A DNA stretch of 47,199 bases, taken from NCBI GenBank assembly GCA_046725765.1, contig JBKOZH010000013.1:1-47199 (forward strand), written 5' to 3'. Every line of letters begins with the position of its first letter. Within the stretch, counting starts at the first letter, position 1. Of this stretch, positions 43,834 through 47,199 are shown piece after piece. The position numbers were made by a program, and so were the translations under genes. The notes under the pieces were generated by a model. It was given only the letters and a program-made list of their open reading frames with translations, was not told where the DNA came from and did no database searches. This DNA is from Candidatus Methylomirabilota bacterium (lineage in GTDB: Bacteria; Methylomirabilota; Methylomirabilia; Rokubacteriales; CSP1-6).

Positions 43834-44498
43834 GCCGAGTCCTGCCCGCCATCGAGCTGGAGACGGCACGCCCGGCGACGGCGTCCGTCATCTGGCTGCA
43901 CGGCCTCGGCGCCGACGGCCACGACTTCGAGCCCATCGTGCCCGAACTGGATCTGCCGGACGCGTTGCCCGTGCGCTTCGTGTTCCCGCACGCGCCGATG
44001 CAGGCCGTCACGATCAACGGCGGCGCGGTCATGCGGGCCTGGTACGACGTCTATGGCCTCGACGGAGAGCGCCGCGAGGATGCGGCGGGGGTGCGCGCCT
44101 CGCAGGGGCGCGTCGAGGACCTCATCGCGCGCGAGAAGGCACGCGGCATCCCCACTGCGCGCATCGTGCTGGCCGGCTTCTCGCAGGGCGGAGCAATCGC
44201 GCTCCAAACGGGGCTGCGCCACGCCGAGCGGCTGGCGGGGATCATGGCGCTGTCCACGTACCTGCCGCTCGCCACGACGCTGGCGGCCGAGGCGAGCCCG
44301 GTCAACCGCGGGCTGCCGATCTTCATGGCGCACGGCAGCGGCGACCCGCTGATCCCGATCGAGCGCGCGCTCGCGTCGCGACGGCTGCTCGAGGCCGCCG
44401 GCTACGCCGTCGAGTGGCGCGACTACCCGATGGAGCACGCGGTCTGCGCGCAGGAGATCGCCGACATCTCGGCCTGGCTCGTGCGCGTCTTGCGCTAG
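43830..44498 (+). CDS. Carboxylesterase/phospholipase-family alpha/beta hydrolase (carboxylesterase II-like); apparent CTG start overlapping the upstream TGA
   Basis: Collinear with Pseudomonas carboxylesterase II from the first residues (…[14 protein letters not shown]…, GFSQGG, ...H.V). No canonical in-frame start lies before the [11 protein letters not shown] block. Confidence 0.75.
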   Translation: [222 protein letters not shown]

Positions 44499-45265
44499 GC
44501 GCGCGCCTCGACCACCAGGTGCTGCAGCGCGCGGCCGATCGGGCCGCGCACGTCGTGCAACCGTGTATCGGTGAGACCGACGCCGTTGCCTTCGTAAATC
44601 GACAGCGAGTCCATGCCGACCCACTCGCCGTGCAGCGGACGGTGCACGCTGACCGACAGGTCGGCGTTGATCGCGGTGACGAGTTTGTGCTCGATGGCCG
44701 CGCTGACGCCGCTGCTGGAGTCGGCCGCGATCAGCACGCGCTCGAGCGGCGACGTGTCGGTGTCGGCCACGAGCGGGATCCGCTGGCGCATCCACGCCGC
44801 CACGCGGCCGCTGCCCCAGTCACCGCGGACGAGCCGCGTCTCCATCATGGCGTGATAGCTCACCGTCTCGTTGAAGAATGGAAACTCGAACGGCCGGCCG
44901 TCCTCCGGCGGCGGCAACGACGGATCGTTCGCCGGGGACGCCACGTCGACGAGTGACGGGCGCACCAGCGCCGCGACCGCCTGCGCGACCGGCCGCTCGC
45001 CGTGCAGCAGCCGCGCGACGAGGCGCTGCACCTTCGTGCCAGCGCGCACCGTCTCGACGCGCACCGCGAGCCGATCGATCGGCACCGGCAGCAAGAAATC
45101 GACGGTCACGCGTGCGATCACGAAGTCCGGCGCGGCTGCGGCAATCGCACGGGCCAGCAGCGCCGACGGCGGGCCGCCGTGCTGGTGCCGCGCGCTCCAC
45201 GGCCCGCGTGTGTGGACGGTCGCGACGAACGTCTCGCCGTCGCACACGTAGAATGCGTCGCTCAT
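44495..45265 (-). CDS. Thioesterase-superfamily (acyl-CoA thioesterase-like, double hot-dog) protein
   Basis: 256 aa with N-terminal ...GPWSARHQHGGPPSALLARA... typical of the family. A leaderless-type TAGCAT box lies upstream. Confidence 0.7.
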   Translation of the reverse strand: MSDAFYVCDGETFVATVHTRGPWSARHQHGGPPSALLARAIAAAAPDFVIARVTVDFLLPVPIDRLAVRVETVRAGTKVQRLVARLLHGERPVAQAVAALVRPSLVDVASPANDPSLPPPEDGRPFEFPFFNETVSYHAMMETRLVRGDWGSGRVAAWMRQRIPLVADTDTSPLERVLIAADSSSGVSAAIEHKLVTAINADLSVSVHRPLHGEWVGMDSLSIYEGNGVGLTDTRLHDVRGPIGRALQHLVVEARA

Positions 45266-45271
45266 GCGCGC

Positions 45272-45277
45272 ATGCTA
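45272..45277 (-). promoter_or_regulatory. -10-like hexamer TAGCAT (minus strand), 6 nt upstream of ATG 45265
   Basis: TAnnnT at leaderless spacing. Its TAG is also the in-frame stop that bounds the ORF. Confidence 0.4.
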
Positions 45278-45295
45278 CCGCACGCCGGCGCCGCG

Positions 45296-45625
45296 TCAGG
45301 CCGCTTCGGTCTCCTCGCCGGCCTGCAGCCGCCCGACGTGCTGCCGCACCCACGCCGCGCCGCCGTCGCTCGCGGTGAGCCCAGCGAGCAGGTCGGCCAG
45401 CCCCTCGATGAGCTCGCGTAGCCGTTCGGGCAGCGACGCGTCGTAGCCGCAGAGGCGGGCCACGAACGCCTCGCGCTCGGATTCCGGCAACCGGGCCACC
45501 GCCGGCATCAGCTCCTGTAGCCAGTCGTCGACGGACGTGAGATCCGCGAGCAGCACGGTCCCGTGCTGAATGGTCGCGGTCACCCGCTCGCGCACGCGGA
45601 CCAGGTCGGCTTCCGGGATCGCCAT
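45296..45625 (-). CDS. Hypothetical small acidic protein
   Basis: 109 aa from ATG 45625. GAGGAGG SD directly after the upstream stop. I recognised no family. Confidence 0.5.
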   Translation of the reverse strand: MAIPEADLVRVRERVTATIQHGTVLLADLTSVDDWLQELMPAVARLPESEREAFVARLCGYDASLPERLRELIEGLADLLAGLTASDGGAAWVRQHVGRLQAGEETEAA

Positions 45626-45635
45626 CGGCGCCTCC

Positions 45636-46421
45636 TCAGCCGAGCCTTTGCACGATCCGGTCCAACAACTCGTCGGGACTGTTGACGTGCACGAAGTGGC
45701 TCGCGCCCGCGATCGTGTCGACGGCGCACCCCGCGGCGCTGAGCCGGGCCGCGTCCGCATCTGACACGTGATCGGACGCGCCGCCGCGGATGACGTGCAC
45801 GGCGCACGGGCGGCGCCGTTCGACCGCCGGCCACAGATCCTCGGCGCCGATCTCGTTGTAGAGCGCGCTGAGCGACGGTCGATCGATACGCCACCGGTAG
45901 GTGTCGCCCTCGTGCGCGAGGTTGAGCAGCAGCCAGTCGATGGCCTCGGGCGCGAGCCCGGCCTTCCGGAACCACGCGCGGAAGGTTTTGCGATCGGGCG
46001 CCGTGTCGGGCGCGTCGGTCAGCGCCCTGACGATCGTCGCCACTTCGCCGCCCGGAGGGCGCGGCGACGGCGTGACGTCGACCAGCGCGAGGTGAGCCAG
46101 CGCGCGCGGCTCCAGCAGGGCGGCGCGCAGACCGACGCGTCCGCCGAGCGAGTGGCCGATCAGCGTCCACGGCGGCGGCGTGTCGAGCGCGTGCGCGGTG
46201 TCCAGCACGTCGCGCGCGATGGTCGCGACGTCGGGGCGCGGCGGCAGCGGCGGCGAATCGCCGTGCCCGGTGAGGTCGAATGTGTACGCGCTGTACTCCG
46301 AACGCCGACGCGTCAGGCCGCGCGCGAGGGTCGCGAGGTTGCGCCCGGAGCCGAGGAAGCCATGCAGCAGGAAGAGCGCGCGGGGGCCGTTGCCCGTGCG
46401 CGTATGCGCCAGGACGCTCAT
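45636..46421 (-). CDS. Alpha/beta-fold hydrolase
   Basis: 261 aa with LHGFLGSG and the nucleophile elbow GHSLGG. The ATG overlaps the sucB stop (ATGA). Confidence 0.8.
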   Translation of the reverse strand: MSVLAHTRTGNGPRALFLLHGFLGSGRNLATLARGLTRRRSEYSAYTFDLTGHGDSPPLPPRPDVATIARDVLDTAHALDTPPPWTLIGHSLGGRVGLRAALLEPRALAHLALVDVTPSPRPPGGEVATIVRALTDAPDTAPDRKTFRAWFRKAGLAPEAIDWLLLNLAHEGDTYRWRIDRPSLSALYNEIGAEDLWPAVERRRPCAVHVIRGGASDHVSDADAARLSAAGCAVDTIAGASHFVHVNSPDELLDRIVQRLG

Positions 46422-47199
46422 ACCTCGAGCACCATGCGCGCGGGATCCTCGAGCGCTTCCTTCACCCGCACGAGGAAAGTCACTGCCTGCTCGCCGTCGA
46501 CGAGGCGGTGATCGTAGGAGAGCGCCACGTACATCATCGGTCGGATCACGACCTGGCCGTCGCGGGCGACGGGCCGGTCCTCGATCTTGTGCATGCCGAG
46601 AATCCCGGACTGTGGCGGATTGAGGATCGGCGTCGACAGCAGCGAGCCGAACACGCCGCCGTTGGTGATCGTGAACGTTCCGCCCGAGAGGTCGCCCGGC
46701 GCCAGCTTACCGTCCCGCGCGCGACGCGCGACGTCGCCGATCGCTTTCTCGAGCGCCGCCAGGCTCTGGCCGTCGGCGTCGCGCACCACCGGAACCACCA
46801 GCCCGCGCGGCGTGCTGACGGCGATCCCGAGATGAATGCGGCGCGACTTCACGATGTCGGTGCCGTCGATGCGCGCGTTCAGAATCGGCACCTCGCGCAG
46901 GCCGTGGATCACCGCGCGCGCGAACAGCGACATGAGCCCCAGGTCGACGCCGTGCCGCGTCTTGAAGCGCTCGCGGTGGCGCGCGCGCAGCGCCATCAGC
47001 TCGCCGAGGTCGACCTCGTTGAACGTGGTGAGGATGGCGGCCGTCCGCTGCGCCTCGACGAGCCGCGCGGCGATCGTGCGGCGCAGCTGACTCATCGGCT
47101 CGCGCTCGACGTCCTCCTCGCGCGCGGCCGGGCCGCGGCCGTCGCCGTCGTGTGGCGCCGCCGGCCGCGAGACCTCGGCGCCGCGCGACGGGTCCGTCC
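46418..47199 (-). CDS. sucB: Dihydrolipoyllysine-residue succinyltransferase (2-oxoglutarate dehydrogenase E2), C-terminal catalytic domain; 5' part lies outside the window
   Basis: Collinear with E. coli SucB ([56 protein letters not shown]). The ORF is open to the window edge. Confidence 0.85.
   Translation of the reverse strand, partial: TDPSRGAEVSRPAAPHDGDGRGPAAREEDVEREPMSQLRRTIAARLVEAQRTAAILTTFNEVDLGELMALRARHRERFKTRHGVDLGLMSLFARAVIHGLREVPILNARIDGTDIVKSRRIHLGIAVSTPRGLVVPVVRDADGQSLAALEKAIGDVARRARDGKLAPGDLSGGTFTITNGGVFGSLLSTPILNPPQSGILGMHKIEDRPVARDGQVVIRPMMYVALSYDHRLVDGEQAVTFLVRVKEALEDPARMVLEV

Noticed and set aside
1-47199. Mobile elements, prophage, CRISPR arrays, toxin-antitoxin or known defence systems.
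   Set aside because: I recognised no transposase, integrase, recombinase, Cas, restriction or phage structural signatures, and no regularly spaced direct repeats. The only compositional anomaly is the 17.6-18.9 kb lower-GC stretch, which has no mobility genes.

Overview
This is a 47.2-kb, roughly 70% GC stretch of bacterial chromosome. I cannot assign a lineage from the sequence. It holds about 47 protein-coding genes on both strands, mostly metabolic or accessory. I found no rRNA, tRNA, CRISPR array, transposase, integrase or phage gene. Many long ORFs in the six-frame track are antisense or off-frame artefacts of the high GC content.

Recognisable content:
- An operon of a HIT-like gene, a GAF-domain gene, a HAD hydrolase gene and an AhpD/CMD-like gene (1363-5335).
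- A PEP-CTERM protein gene with a sigma-54-type promoter.
- A catabolic block of CoA-transferase, FMN alpha-hydroxy-acid oxidase, amidohydrolase, cupin, alpha/beta hydrolase and PPOX/F420 enzyme genes.
- Two IlvD/Edd sugar-acid dehydratases. One is YjhG/YagF-type; the other is coupled to a DapA-family aldolase.
- A MarR-GNAT regulator followed by an EamA transporter.
- An egtB-egtD ergothioneine pair coupled to an unexplained PRTase-fold gene, plus a second, disrupted EgtB-like gene.
- A hybrid sensor kinase, a FadJ-like enzyme, a molybdopterin oxidoreductase, a ROK kinase and a B12-radical-SAM gene.
- ilvE, an AAA+/VWA gene pair, msrA, several hydrolases, and the 3' part of sucB.

Signals most worth follow-up:
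1. The AhpD/CMD-family gene has one in-frame TGA exactly at the second Cys position of its CxxC motif, followed by a SECIS-like hairpin. This makes it a candidate selenoprotein.
2. Three genes have no canonical start codon and appear to begin at a CTG overlapping the upstream TGA stop (CTGA junctions).
3. Twelve genes carry a TAnnnT -10-like hexamer 6-9 nt upstream of their ATG and have no Shine-Dalgarno sequence. This suggests widespread leaderless expression.
4. The egtB-egtD-PRTase operon and the broken EgtB paralog.

Caveat: the window also has three frame disruptions (a cupin, the EgtB-like gene and a substrate-binding protein). Assembly or sequencing error must be excluded before any recoding claim is accepted.
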